DNA from: Candidatus Dojkabacteria bacterium
Lineage (GTDB): Bacteria; Patescibacteriota; Dojkabacteria; SC72
NCBI GenBank assembly: GCA_016182915.1
Contig: JACPFP010000003.1
Location: 315,685 to 379,684 of the forward strand
DNA: 64,000 nt
Reading direction: 5' to 3'
Below are positions 49,140 to 59,063 of this stretch, piece by piece. The stretch's first letter is position 1, and each line of letters starts with the position of its first letter. The notes beneath the pieces were generated by a model that was not told the origin of the DNA, made no database searches, and saw only the letters and a program-made list of their open reading frames with translations. The position numbers and the translations under genes were made by a program.

Positions 49140-50060
49140 ATGAGTATTAAAACCCTCTTCATTGGTTCCAACTGGGAATCCTTAGAAGTTTTAAAAACAA
49201 TCTATGAAGATAGCAGGTTTGAAGTAGTTGGTATTATAACCCAACCGGATAAACCCGTAGGTAGAAAGCAAATCTTAACACCAACAGAGATAAAAACATT
49301 TGGTTTGGAAAACGATATCCCTGTTTTCATACCTGAGAAGAATGAAGAGAAATATAAAGAGGCATTAGAGCTATTTAAACCAGACCTTGTTGTCTGTATT
49401 GCCTTTGGAGAGATAATCCCAGATTCTTTCCTCCTAGCTCCAAAGTATGGATCTATAAACATACATTTCTCACTTCTCCCAAAGTATAGAGGTGCAATTC
49501 CAATACAGTCTGCAATTATAAATGGGGAGAAGGAAACTGGAATTACCATCATGAAGATGGGGAAAGGTATGGATAAAGGGCCAATTCTCTCAGTATTTAA
49601 AGAGCAGATAAAGCCTGATGATACAAACCAAAGCCTTAGAGAAAGGCTAGTGAAGATAAGCGCAGAGGTTCTTCCTGAAATCCTGGATAGATGGGTAAAT
49701 GGAGAGATACATGCAATGGAACAGGACGATTCAAAGGCGACATACTGCTACAAAGCAGAGCTCGAAAAGGAGAAAATGGAAATAAAGTTTGATGAGATGA
49801 CAGCAGAAAACATTGATAGAATTGTAAGGGGCTGTATCCCATGGCCAGTCGCATGGACAATATTAAACGACAGTAGGATTAAAATATATAAAGTACGTGT
49901 TTTAGAGGCATTTGGAGAGCTTAAACCGGGTGAAATTCTCAAAGATAGGGGAAGACTTGTAATCGGAACACAAGATAAACAGATAGAGATACTAGAACTA
50001 CAACCAGAGGGAAAGAATATTATGAATGCAATGAACTATTTAACAGGGAGAAAAATCTGA
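49140..50060 (+). CDS. fmt: Methionyl-tRNA formyltransferase
   Basis: TQPDKPVGR, NIHFSLLPKYRGAIP, MDKGP, PWP, LQPEGK. Confidence 0.96.
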   Translation: MSIKTLFIGSNWESLEVLKTIYEDSRFEVVGIITQPDKPVGRKQILTPTEIKTFGLENDIPVFIPEKNEEKYKEALELFKPDLVVCIAFGEIIPDSFLLAPKYGSINIHFSLLPKYRGAIPIQSAIINGEKETGITIMKMGKGMDKGPILSVFKEQIKPDDTNQSLRERLVKISAEVLPEILDRWVNGEIHAMEQDDSKATYCYKAELEKEKMEIKFDEMTAENIDRIVRGCIPWPVAWTILNDSRIKIYKVRVLEAFGELKPGEILKDRGRLVIGTQDKQIEILELQPEGKNIMNAMNYLTGRKI

Positions 50061-50105
50061 ACTATTCTAGTTTAATATCTGAAAGTGTTGCATAGACTTA
50101 CCGAA

Positions 50106-50153
50106 GAGAAATGGAGTAGATATGTTAACATACCTACCCCATATTCGTTTCTC
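50106..50153. terminator. Imperfect hairpin between convergent fmt and TrmB-like genes
   Basis: ATGG-AGTAG-ATATG-TTAA-CATAC-CTAC-CCCAT flanked by GAGAA/TTCTC. Confidence 0.4.
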
Positions 50154-50954
50154 CTACTTACTATACTCAACAAGCACATTTTCTCCTCTTAACACTCTTT
50201 TATCTTTCCTTGATGCAGTCTCCCATGCTTGATTGAATAGGTTTCTCATACATGATGCAACCTTAGAATCCTGTACAACCAATGCATACGATCCACCCTT
50301 TTCAAAGGATACAAATATCACTTTATCCTCAAAAACCATAAAGTCTGTACTTGTTTCTCCTTCAACAGGTACTCTTAACTGCAGGTTCTTTCCTGACCCA
50401 TACTTCTTTATATACTCATCATCCTCATAATCTCCTAAAATCTCTTTTGATTTAACGTTCGATTTTAAAAAGAATCTATCGAAGTAGTCATGGAAGAAAT
50501 CTTCAGAAACATCTCCATAATCATCTGTTAAACATTGTACGAGAACTTCATCTGTATGAAGGGTCATTTCGTATGCCTGCTTAACTCCCTCAGTACCCTC
50601 TAAAAGGTATATCTTGGGCTTATTCTTCTTAGTATTCTGTATTGCTTTTAATTCTTTCATTTTAATATTTGCTACTGAAATTAAATTAGAAATTTCAGAG
50701 CTTTTCTTCTCAAGAAGATCTACTAATACTTCAGGATCAGCTGGTGAGTACAGCTTATTCTCATTCTTAATAGTGACTTTAATTAACCCTATGTTAATTA
50801 GATCGTCTATTAGTTCATATACGGAAGTTCTAGGGACTTTCGATTTATATGAAAGGTTTGAGATGGTTGTTTCTCCCCATTCAAGGCTTGCCTGATATAT
50901 TTTTAAATGATCTTCTTTCAATTCGAGCTCCTTAAAGACACTTAAGATGTCCAT
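50154..50954 (-). CDS. TrmB-family transcriptional regulator
   Basis: SKVPRTSVYELIDDL HTH, PKIYLLEGTEGV, FNQAW; start set at MDILS. Confidence 0.88.
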   Translation of the reverse strand: MDILSVFKELELKEDHLKIYQASLEWGETTISNLSYKSKVPRTSVYELIDDLINIGLIKVTIKNENKLYSPADPEVLVDLLEKKSSEISNLISVANIKMKELKAIQNTKKNKPKIYLLEGTEGVKQAYEMTLHTDEVLVQCLTDDYGDVSEDFFHDYFDRFFLKSNVKSKEILGDYEDDEYIKKYGSGKNLQLRVPVEGETSTDFMVFEDKVIFVSFEKGGSYALVVQDSKVASCMRNLFNQAWETASRKDKRVLRGENVLVEYSK

Positions 50955-51125
50955 ATTTAAATAACAGTTAATATTAACAATCACATTATATACGACAGGA
51001 CAGAGAGAAAACAATGATACAGAAAGGAAAGATGACGACGGAGTAGTCGTCTAAATAGGGGATATTCAAACCCTGGAAAGCCCGTAGTATAATACCCATT
51101 GATATAATCTTATACAACTAACTAG

Positions 51126-51518
51126 ATGATTTATCTACAAATACAAGGCTCCCACACGCAAAATGACGAATATCATGCATTACTTATTACACAAATTCCT
51201 GATATGAAAACATTTGATGCCAGCCAGGCACTTTGCGAAAAAGATCTCCTACTTGTACTTGCTCTAAACAGAGATGATGAGTGCCTACCTTTTCCAGAAT
51301 CAAGAATCTATCAAACAGCAGTTATATGTTCTGCAGCATCAGGAAAAAGAGATTTCGTAGATGAAGGATCCATGGTTCACTATTTTGTTGGACATGATCA
51401 AGCCCCTCACTATGTAGTTTACGACTTGATGAATAGATTAAGTGGAAGAAATGAGGAAATTAACACTATACTTGGAGGAGATGGTGAGATGGTTGCTCCA
51501 TCTGAGTTCTGGTTCTAG
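51126..51518 (+). CDS. Hypothetical protein
   Basis: 130-aa ORF with upstream TGATATAAT. Confidence 0.5.
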   Translation: MIYLQIQGSHTQNDEYHALLITQIPDMKTFDASQALCEKDLLLVLALNRDDECLPFPESRIYQTAVICSAASGKRDFVDEGSMVHYFVGHDQAPHYVVYDLMNRLSGRNEEINTILGGDGEMVAPSEFWF

Positions 51519-51519
51519 C

Positions 51520-51831
51520 GCACAAGTACCCCATAAGCCGAATTCTGTTTTCTGCAACTATCTATCTATGCGGTGTTAAATATCACCTTGCTTCAGACGG
51601 GGGTTACAAAGCATAGAGATATTACTATCCCTACCGGTAGTCTCTTACACTACCTTTTCACCCTTACCCTTACGGGCGGTATACTTTCTGTTGCCCTTTT
51701 ATCCAAGAGATTACTCCCTTCCGACTCACATCGGCATCTATCACGAAGTATTGTTCGTGACCCACATGAAGTCCGGACTTTCCTCTATAGCGACATATTA
51801 TCGCTACAGCAATTGCATAGGATACTTGTGC
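51520..51831 (-). ncRNA. rnpB: RNase P RNA
   Basis: GAGGAAAGTCCGGAC, GCAACAGAAA, GGGTGAAA, ACAGAATTCGGCTTA; P1 GCACAAGTA/TACTTGTGC; TGGTATAAT promoter just upstream. Confidence 0.96.
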
Positions 51832-51846
51832 TGTATATTATACCAT

Positions 51847-52764
51847 TTATTTCAATACAACCCTCTTAGTGATGTACTTAGCTACAAGGTATATAACGAA
51901 CACAACTGGGGAGAATACTACAGCCCATATTGCTAGAGATCCCAAATCTTTAAAAAGTTCAACAAGGGATGTGAGGGCTTCCTTAAAGATTCCAACTGGT
52001 TGCCACTTCTCACCCGTTACCTCAAGTGATTCGGAGCTAAGACTCATTGATATAGTTACGGAAGACATCTCTATCTGGGAGTCATAGTATTTAATTTGGG
52101 ACTCTAATACCTCAATATTTTGACGTGTCTGTGATAGTTGGTTCTGAACCTCTAATATGTCTGTTACCTTTGTTGCAAGATCAAGAATCTCAACTAACTT
52201 AGTTTCTAATGCTTTCTCATTCTTCAATCTAGCTTTCAAATCTTGGTACTGTAGTGTGATGTCGGAAGAACTTTCTGTGAATGAATTTACGACTGAAGCA
52301 TAGCCTTTAACTCTTTCCGTAAGAGAATCGAATGCAGTTGCAGGAACCTTTATGGTCATTACCAAAGTTCTATCTACCCCAACTCCTTGATCATTAGATG
52401 ATACAACAAAACCACCCAGTTCCTTAGCATATTTTCTTATCTTCCCTGAAACATCGTCAAAATCATCAACAGTTATATCAAAGGACCCTGTTTTAACAAC
52501 CTTCTGCTCACTCTCATTCTTAGCCCCGGAATCTCCCCTATCTATAGGTGGGGAAGGGAGAAGATCGTCACCATCAGAAGCTTTTCCTTCTTCAACAATG
52601 CCAGTTCCGCCATCACCACCGTTTACACTACCCATATCAACACTCTTATTGTCTAGGACAAAGGAGTTATATAGGAATATGAGAATTGAGATTAAGACAA
52701 GGCCTAAAACAGTGACTGTGATTACAAAGCTGAAATTCTTTGGAACAAGGGTCTCTTTCGTCAT
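51847..52764 (-). CDS. DUF4349 domain protein
   Basis: GGFVVSS, IKVPA, DITLQYQDLKARL, IEVLESQIKY; N- and C-terminal TM. Confidence 0.9.
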   Translation of the reverse strand: MTKETLVPKNFSFVITVTVLGLVLISILIFLYNSFVLDNKSVDMGSVNGGDGGTGIVEEGKASDGDDLLPSPPIDRGDSGAKNESEQKVVKTGSFDITVDDFDDVSGKIRKYAKELGGFVVSSNDQGVGVDRTLVMTIKVPATAFDSLTERVKGYASVVNSFTESSSDITLQYQDLKARLKNEKALETKLVEILDLATKVTDILEVQNQLSQTRQNIEVLESQIKYYDSQIEMSSVTISMSLSSESLEVTGEKWQPVGIFKEALTSLVELFKDLGSLAIWAVVFSPVVFVIYLVAKYITKRVVLK

Positions 52765-52829
52765 AGATATGGCAGTTTAATTTACTACTCCATTATGTAG
52801 CTAATTTCAAAAAACTGCAACAAGATTAT

Positions 52830-53318
52830 TTAGGTGCGCAACAGATCTTTTAATTCTCTATCTATTTCCTCGATTACCATTCCATTCTCAATATTCTTTG
52901 GGATATGTATAAACGAAAATTTAGATGTAATCTCCCCTTTTGAAATCATATCCATTATTTTGAAGCTAACCATGTTACACATATAGGACCCTATTGTGTT
53001 AGATTGCTTCAAAAGTTTGTCTCCCTTTAGAAAAGAATCTATTTTATAAACAACCTCTTTGTTATACATAAACAATCTATGTTGAAATACGTTGTGGCAT
53101 TCAGTCTCAAGATGAAGATTATCAGATTTTCTTGAATATATACCAAGACCTAAGATATATTCAGGGTTTTCATTTCTGAGTATCTCAAGATATCTATTAA
53201 TATTATTACGAAATATGAGGTATCTATGATCAATATTGTCTAACTTATACAAAGTTCTTGTTGATATATTGTGCAATGAGAAAGCGAAGCCGTAGATTTG
53301 CATAGGCGATTTTAGCAT
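52830..53318 (-). CDS. Pyroglutamyl-peptidase I (C15)-like protein
   Basis: ILGLG, HLE, GSYMCN, FIHIP (E/C/H triad). Confidence 0.75.
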   Translation of the reverse strand: MLKSPMQIYGFAFSLHNISTRTLYKLDNIDHRYLIFRNNINRYLEILRNENPEYILGLGIYSRKSDNLHLETECHNVFQHRLFMYNKEVVYKIDSFLKGDKLLKQSNTIGSYMCNMVSFKIMDMISKGEITSKFSFIHIPKNIENGMVIEEIDRELKDLLRT

Positions 53319-53382
53319 TTAATTACAACAAAAGTAATGCATTATGAATGCACTAATTTATTGGATATAGGGATATCTAAAA

Positions 53383-53778
53383 CTATCTCTTTGAGAACTG
53401 TGGTTTCTTTCTTGCTTTAACCTGGTTATATTTCTTTCTCTCAACCATTCTGGAATCTCTAGTTACATAACCAGCTTTTCGAAGAGCAGGCTTGAACTCT
53501 GGATCCATCACATAGAGGGCTCTACCTAATCCTAGTTGAATTGCTCCAATCTGACCGCTAAGTCCACCACCAGCTACTTTTGCTGTGTAATATACTTTTC
53601 CGTCTAATCCGACTGCACTTATTGGCTTAAGAGTTTCGTTTGCATCTTCACCAACTTTGAGATACTCATTAAATGGAACACCGTTAATTGTAGATACCGC
53701 TTTTCCAGAGACTACTCTTACACGTGCCATTGATGTTTTTCTTCTTCCAACTCCTTCGAAGTATTGATTCTTAGCCAC
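53383..53778 (-). CDS. rpsI: 30S ribosomal protein S9
   Basis: GRRKTS.ARV, TRDSRMVERKK, QFSKR. Confidence 0.98.
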   Translation of the reverse strand: MAKNQYFEGVGRRKTSMARVRVVSGKAVSTINGVPFNEYLKVGEDANETLKPISAVGLDGKVYYTAKVAGGGLSGQIGAIQLGLGRALYVMDPEFKPALRKAGYVTRDSRMVERKKYNQVKARKKPQFSKR

Positions 53779-53789
53779 TGTTTACTTGA

Positions 53790-54221
53790 TTATAAATTAA
53801 TAGGTTTAGGACCCTGTGCTTCATGCTTATGATTTGCATCAGGATATACATACAATCTCTTCTCCATTAAAGCTCTAAGCTTGTTCTTTGGTAGCATCTT
53901 TTCTACTGCCATTCTTACTGGTGCAGTTGGATCTTTTTCAAGAAGTTTATCAAATCTAAGCTCTTTGAAACCTCCTGGAAAACCTGTATGACTATAGTAC
54001 ATTTTCTTTACTTCCTTATTTCTTGTTAATTTGATATCTGCGCTGTTTATAACAACAACATAGTCTCCACAATCAATGTTTGGGACCTGATTTACCTTTC
54101 CTTTTCCAATTAAAAGGGATGCAACTTTTGTAGCAACTTTTCCAAGGATCTGATCCTTAGCATCTACAAGGTGCCACACCCTTACTATTTCATCCTTTTT
54201 TGTCCACTTTGTCTTCTGCAC
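53790..54221 (-). CDS. rplM: 50S ribosomal protein L13
   Basis: WHLVDA, DCGDYVVVIN, HTGFPGG, MLPKNKL. Confidence 0.98.
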   Translation of the reverse strand: MQKTKWTKKDEIVRVWHLVDAKDQILGKVATKVASLLIGKGKVNQVPNIDCGDYVVVINSADIKLTRNKEVKKMYYSHTGFPGGFKELRFDKLLEKDPTAPVRMAVEKMLPKNKLRALMEKRLYVYPDANHKHEAQGPKPINL

Positions 54222-54239
54222 TTCAGTATATTTTAATAA

Positions 54240-54776
54240 TTAAAGTCCTGATCTTGTTCTAGCTCTCTCTTTCTTAACACTCACATTCTTGTTTACTCCC
54301 TTTGTACTTGTAAGGATTCCTCTAAGTCCTTTCTTCGCAACTGGTTTTACTTCCTTAGTTTCAACATCTTTTACCTCAGTTTTCTTCTCTTTCTTAGAGA
54401 CCTTCTTAACAACTTCTTTCTTTGTTACTTTGAATCCCACTAGTTCAACCTTACTTACCTGAGCATTGTCTCCAGCTCTATATCCAACCTTTGTAATCTT
54501 TACTAACCCTTTATTGCTTCCCACATAGTTAACAGCTTCCTCAACAATAGTTCTAGTTCCTAATGTATTCTCAAGTCTCCTCTCAAGATTTAACCCTTTT
54601 TCAGCTTTAACAATGCTGCTTATGAAACTCTCAACTTCTGCCTTAAGCATCTTTGCTTTAGGGGTAGTTGTTGTTACATATCCACTCTGGAAGATAGATC
54701 TTAAAAGATTCTTCTTCATAGACTTTCTATGTGTAGCTGTCTTTCCAAGTTTTTTAAAGCTTTGTCTTTTAAACAT
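54240..54776 (-). CDS. rplQ: 50S ribosomal protein L17 with Lys-rich tail
   Basis: KKLGKTATHRK, TTTPKAK, RAGDNA. Confidence 0.95.
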   Translation of the reverse strand: MFKRQSFKKLGKTATHRKSMKKNLLRSIFQSGYVTTTTPKAKMLKAEVESFISSIVKAEKGLNLERRLENTLGTRTIVEEAVNYVGSNKGLVKITKVGYRAGDNAQVSKVELVGFKVTKKEVVKKVSKKEKKTEVKDVETKEVKPVAKKGLRGILTSTKGVNKNVSVKKERARTRSGL

Positions 54777-54781
54777 ATGAT

Positions 54782-55747
54782 TTACTCACTCTTAATTTCA
54801 ATTCCGTACTGTTTCATTAGTTCTACTACCTCATTTAGTGATTTATTACCAAATCCTGGGAGTTCTAGAAGGTCAGATACCTTTGCATTTGCAAAGTCTC
54901 CTACTGTCTGGAATCCTCCAGCTAATAGTCCTGACTTAGATCTCTTTGAAATTGGTAGGTCTTCAACTTTCCAGCTACTTACTTCATCTTCTACAGATGC
55001 AACACTCTCTACAACCTCAGGGATTGCGCTTGTCTCCTCTGCTCTCTGCTCTACTTCTTTCTTTGATACTCCTAATGCAACCATTACCTTTCCTGCAAAG
55101 TCTTGTAGTCTCTTTGCGCTGTCCAGTAGAGCCTGTTTAGGTTCAATGCTTCCGTCTGTTTCAATTGTAATTTTTACAGAATCAAGGTTAGTAATCTGAC
55201 CCTTTCTTGCATCTGATACTTCGAAGTTTACATTAACAATTGGAGAGAAATCTGCATCTACAGGAATTCTACCAACTTCTGATCTAACTTCATCATCTGC
55301 TTCTCTGTTGCCAATTCCCTTTTCAACAACCAACTCCATTAACAAGGAGGCCTTCTCATCTGTTAGAGTTGCAATCTCTACATCTGGGTTAGATAGCTCA
55401 ACTCCTGCTGGGAGTTTGATATCTTTTCCTGTTATTGCACCCTTTCCTTTAACTTCTAATTTACAAATCTGTGGATCATCTGATGTAACTTTGAACTTTA
55501 ACTGCTTAAGGTTCAAAATTACCTCTACAACATCCTCTTTCATCCCCTCTAGAGCTGAATACTCATGCTCAACACCCTTGATTCTTACGCTAGTAATGGC
55601 ACTACCAGAAAGACTGGAAAGAAGAATTCTTCTTAGTGAATTTACTAATGTATGACCGTATCCTTTTGGTAAAGGTGTAATTTCGTATGATCCAGTGTTA
55701 CCTTCTTCTGTAACAACTTTTACTGCAATATCTTCAAAGCTAAGCAT
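54782..55747 (-). CDS. rpoA: RNA polymerase alpha subunit
   Basis: PLPKGYGHTLVNSLRRILLSS, HEYS, DADFSP, GFGNKSL. Confidence 0.98.
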   Translation of the reverse strand: MLSFEDIAVKVVTEEGNTGSYEITPLPKGYGHTLVNSLRRILLSSLSGSAITSVRIKGVEHEYSALEGMKEDVVEVILNLKQLKFKVTSDDPQICKLEVKGKGAITGKDIKLPAGVELSNPDVEIATLTDEKASLLMELVVEKGIGNREADDEVRSEVGRIPVDADFSPIVNVNFEVSDARKGQITNLDSVKITIETDGSIEPKQALLDSAKRLQDFAGKVMVALGVSKKEVEQRAEETSAIPEVVESVASVEDEVSSWKVEDLPISKRSKSGLLAGGFQTVGDFANAKVSDLLELPGFGNKSLNEVVELMKQYGIEIKSE

Positions 55748-55768
55748 TTCAGTATATATTTATATAAT

Positions 55769-56380
55769 TTATCTAGAGTAGAACTCAATAATCAAGTTCT
55801 CTTTAATACCTTCATCAATGTCATCTCTGACAGGTTCTCTTAATACTTTACCCTTACTCTTATTTGTCTCTAACCACATTGGAGTTTTAACTAAAACTTC
55901 AACTGGTGCGAGTTTAAGATTCTTTAGTTCTACAATGTCTCCAACTTTCACCTGTGCTGAAGGTACGTTTAATACTTTTCCGTTTACCAAAACATGCTTA
56001 TGTGTAACATACTGTCTTGCTGCATTCTTTGATGTTGCAAAACCTAATGCGTAGAGTACGTTATCAAGTCTCATTTCCAAGAACTTAAGAAGCTCGAGTC
56101 CTCTATCAGTATTTCTTACTCTTGAGATTCTTGTTGCCTCATCTACTAAGTTCTTAAACTGTCTCTCTCTTAATCCATACATTCTCTTAACTTTCTGCTT
56201 CTCTCTTAACTGAACACCGTAGTTTGAAAGTCTAGTTTTCTTTGCATTTCCATGCTGACCTGGTGCATATGGCTTCTTCACTGATCCTGCCTTCTGTGAG
56301 AATGACCTTGCTCCCTTTAGGAATAGGTTGATTCCCTCTCTTCTACTTAACTTTTCTTTCGGTCCTGTATATCTTCCCAT
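55769..56380 (-). CDS. rpsD: 30S ribosomal protein S4
   Basis: MGRYTGP, PGQHG, QLREKQK, LEMRLDN, IIEFYSR. Confidence 0.98.
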   Translation of the reverse strand: MGRYTGPKEKLSRREGINLFLKGARSFSQKAGSVKKPYAPGQHGNAKKTRLSNYGVQLREKQKVKRMYGLRERQFKNLVDEATRISRVRNTDRGLELLKFLEMRLDNVLYALGFATSKNAARQYVTHKHVLVNGKVLNVPSAQVKVGDIVELKNLKLAPVEVLVKTPMWLETNKSKGKVLREPVRDDIDEGIKENLIIEFYSR

Positions 56381-56397
56381 TATTTATAATATAAATG

Positions 56398-56796
56398 TTA
56401 TTTTCTTGGTAATTTTCTAGGTCTGCATCCGTTATGAGGTAGTGGAGTCTTGTCTATAAGCTGAGTAATTTTGATACCAACTGAGTCCAATCCCTTAATT
56501 GTTGCATTTCTACCTGCTCCAGGTCCTTTTATAATAGCTTTAGCTTCTTTCAAACCAAATCTCTTAACAGCAATCTCTCCAGCATGCATAGCTGCTTTTG
56601 TCGCCGCAAATGCTGTGCTTCTCTTAGATCCTTTAAATCCAACAACTGCGGGAGATCCTTGAACTAACAGTTCACCATTCTCATCACAGATGGAGATAAT
56701 TGTATTATTAAATGTAGTCTGAATGCTTACAACCCCCGTCTGTACACTTTTCTTTTTTGCCGTCTTCTTTGTTTTTGTATTAGCTGTAGTTGCCAT
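56398..56796 (-). CDS. rpsK: 30S ribosomal protein S11
   Basis: TFNNTI, GFKGSKRST, PHNGCRP. Confidence 0.98.
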   Translation of the reverse strand: MATTANTKTKKTAKKKSVQTGVVSIQTTFNNTIISICDENGELLVQGSPAVVGFKGSKRSTAFAATKAAMHAGEIAVKRFGLKEAKAIIKGPGAGRNATIKGLDSVGIKITQLIDKTPLPHNGCRPRKLPRK

Positions 56797-56812
56797 TGTT
56801 TATAATATTACT

Positions 56813-57196
56813 TTAAGTTTTTTCTAGCTTATGTTTCAATCCACCAACTGGCTGTGCCTTACCTTTTCTGGTATGAGCATTATGCCTTGTTCTCTGGCCT
56901 CTTACTGGAAGTCCAACCTTATGTCTTAATCCCCTGTAACTTCTGATATCTTTTAATCTCTTAATGTCTCTAAATATCTTTTGTTTGAGTTCTCCTTCAA
57001 CGGGATAGTTCTCTTCAACATATTTTCTCAACTGATCCATTTGAACTGCACTTAGCTCTCCAAGTTTCATATCTTCTTTGAGTTTTAGTACCTCAACAAC
57101 CTTTTTTGCAGTTATAACTCCAACACCATAGATATTAGTAAGGGAGACCCATATCTTCTTATTATCTGGTATTTCAATTCCTGCTATTCTTGCCAT
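56813..57196 (-). CDS. rpsM: 30S ribosomal protein S13
   Basis: MARIAG, YRGLRH..GLPVRGQRT. Confidence 0.98.
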   Translation of the reverse strand: MARIAGIEIPDNKKIWVSLTNIYGVGVITAKKVVEVLKLKEDMKLGELSAVQMDQLRKYVEENYPVEGELKQKIFRDIKRLKDIRSYRGLRHKVGLPVRGQRTRHNAHTRKGKAQPVGGLKHKLEKT

Positions 57197-57213
57197 TCAA
57201 AAGTATATATAAA

Positions 57214-57330
57214 TTAACCTTGTCTTTGCTTATGATTTGCGTTCTTTTTGCAATACACATATACACGACCTTTTCTCTTCGTTATGTAACAGTCTGCACA
57301 TCTTTTTTTTACTGAGGCCTGTACTTTCAT
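57214..57330 (-). CDS. rpmJ: 50S ribosomal protein L36
   Basis: Below ORF-track cutoff; [38 protein letters not shown]. Confidence 0.97.
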   Translation of the reverse strand: MKVQASVKKRCADCYITKRKGRVYVYCKKNANHKQRQG

Positions 57331-57331
57331 T

Positions 57332-57565
57332 TTATTTCTCTCTATATGTTATTCTTCCTTGTTTAGGGTCATAAGGTGTAATCTCTATCTTTACCTTATC
57401 TCCTTCAAGTATTCTAATGTAATGCATTCTCATCTTTCCCGATAGGTATCCGACAATTTCATGTTTCTGACCGTTAACTTCTACCTCTACAATGAACTTT
57501 GTATCGGGTAAACACTCCTTAACTACTCCATTTAACTCAATAACGTTACCTTCTTTACTTGCCAT
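57332..57565 (-). CDS. infA: Translation initiation factor IF-1
   Basis: [18 protein letters not shown]...GRITYR. Confidence 0.98.
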   Translation of the reverse strand: MASKEGNVIELNGVVKECLPDTKFIVEVEVNGQKHEIVGYLSGKMRMHYIRILEGDKVKIEITPYDPKQGRITYREK

Positions 57566-57629
57566 AAATAGTTGCTATCAGAATAAGATAAATCCTTCGG
57601 ATTATATCAAAGAGTAACTTATGTTGCAA

Positions 57630-58367
57630 TTACCATTTGGTTAAAATCCTTGGATTATCATCCACAACTACCGTATGCTCAAATAGTGCTGAAAGCATAC
57701 CATCTTTTGTCGAAGCTGTCCACCCATCTTTCCTAGAAATTTTAATTTCTGGGCGGCCTTGATTTATAATAGCTTCAATAGCAATTGTCTGGCCTTTATA
57801 GAGCTTTTCTCCGTCCCCTTTTCTTCCGTAACCTGGAATATATGGTTCTTCATGGAGTTCATATCCAACACCGTGTCCAACCATCTCTTTTACAACTGAA
57901 TATCCCTCTTTTTCAACGGTTGTCTGCATTGCATACCCAATATCTCCTACAGTATTACCAGGTTTAGCTTGCTTAATTCCGTTTAAAACAGCCTGTTTTG
58001 TTGTTTCAAGAAACTTTTTAACTTCATCACTAACCTCTCCAATAGTTACAGTTACTGCACAGTCGGAGTATACACTCTGATATTTAACCCCCATATCAAT
58101 TCCTAGTATGTCACCATTTTTAAGTTCATAATCGTAGGGAATACCATGATTTACAACATCATTAACACCTAGGCAAAGGGCTGCTGGGTATCCCTCATAA
58201 CCCTTAAATGCAGGTTTTACCTTATACTGCCTACATAGCTGAATTGCTAAATCTTCAAGTTCTAGAAGGTTTACACCTTCAACAGAAGCATCAGATATCT
58301 CCCTTAGTATTGGAGAGAGTATGTCTGCGGCTTCTTTCATTCTTTTTATCTTTACTTTATCTTCCAT
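57630..58367 (-). CDS. map: Methionine aminopeptidase type I
   Basis: HGIP, GHGVG, HEEP, AIE, FEHT. Confidence 0.97.
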   Translation of the reverse strand: MEDKVKIKRMKEAADILSPILREISDASVEGVNLLELEDLAIQLCRQYKVKPAFKGYEGYPAALCLGVNDVVNHGIPYDYELKNGDILGIDMGVKYQSVYSDCAVTVTIGEVSDEVKKFLETTKQAVLNGIKQAKPGNTVGDIGYAMQTTVEKEGYSVVKEMVGHGVGYELHEEPYIPGYGRKGDGEKLYKGQTIAIEAIINQGRPEIKISRKDGWTASTKDGMLSALFEHTVVVDDNPRILTKW

Positions 58368-59019
58368 TTGTAAATTCTAAATTTTTTAATACCACCTCAT
58401 GTATCTCTTCAATTGAAGGAGATGCATCTATTTCAAGAAGGATTCCTCTCTTCTTATATTCTTCTCTCCAAGGCTCTATGGTTTGAGCATACTGTTCAAA
58501 CCTCTTTTTTATACTCTCTGGTTTGTCATCTTCTCTAACCTCAAGATTACTCCCGCAAAGGTCACAAATACCCTCAACCCTTTCAGGTTTGAACTTAGGA
58601 TGGAATGTCCCTTGGCACTTAGGACATACTTTACGATTAGCAAGTCTTTCGAGCGCCTCTTCTTCTGTAAGAGTGAAATGGACAACTTTATCTAACTTTC
58701 TACCAACTTTCTCCAAAACCTTATCTAGATATGGAATTTGCTCTGGATATCTCGCAACAGAAACAAGTATCCAGTCCTTATTAGGGTCAAATCTTTTCAC
58801 CCAAGTCTCAAACATAGTGTATGTCTCTTCCGGATTTGGCCATATCCCTTTTTCAACTTTCTCTCTAAAGACCCTAACCGCATATGGATCTTTATCCTCC
58901 TTCATCCTCCTCATCATCTCCCCTGTAGCAATTCTCTCTACGTCGAACTTCTCTAATATCTTTTCAACCTGAGTATCTTTTCCCGCCCCTGCTTGTCCAT
59001 GAAAGAGGTATGTCTTCAT
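58357..59019 (-). CDS. adk: Adenylate kinase (divergent)
   Basis: GQAGAGKDTQ, Zn lid CPKC...CDLC, REDD; sits between secY and map. Confidence 0.88.
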   Translation of the reverse strand: MKTYLFHGQAGAGKDTQVEKILEKFDVERIATGEMMRRMKEDKDPYAVRVFREKVEKGIWPNPEETYTMFETWVKRFDPNKDWILVSVARYPEQIPYLDKVLEKVGRKLDKVVHFTLTEEEALERLANRKVCPKCQGTFHPKFKPERVEGICDLCGSNLEVREDDKPESIKKRFEQYAQTIEPWREEYKKRGILLEIDASPSIEEIHEVVLKNLEFTNGR

Positions 59020-59063
59020 AATGTAAATATGAAAAATTATTTACGAGAGTACCTAATGGGTAA

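Noticed and set aside
51573-51936. ORFs 51573..51869 and 51691..51936 (+)
   Set aside because: Antisense to rnpB and the DUF4349 gene; spurious
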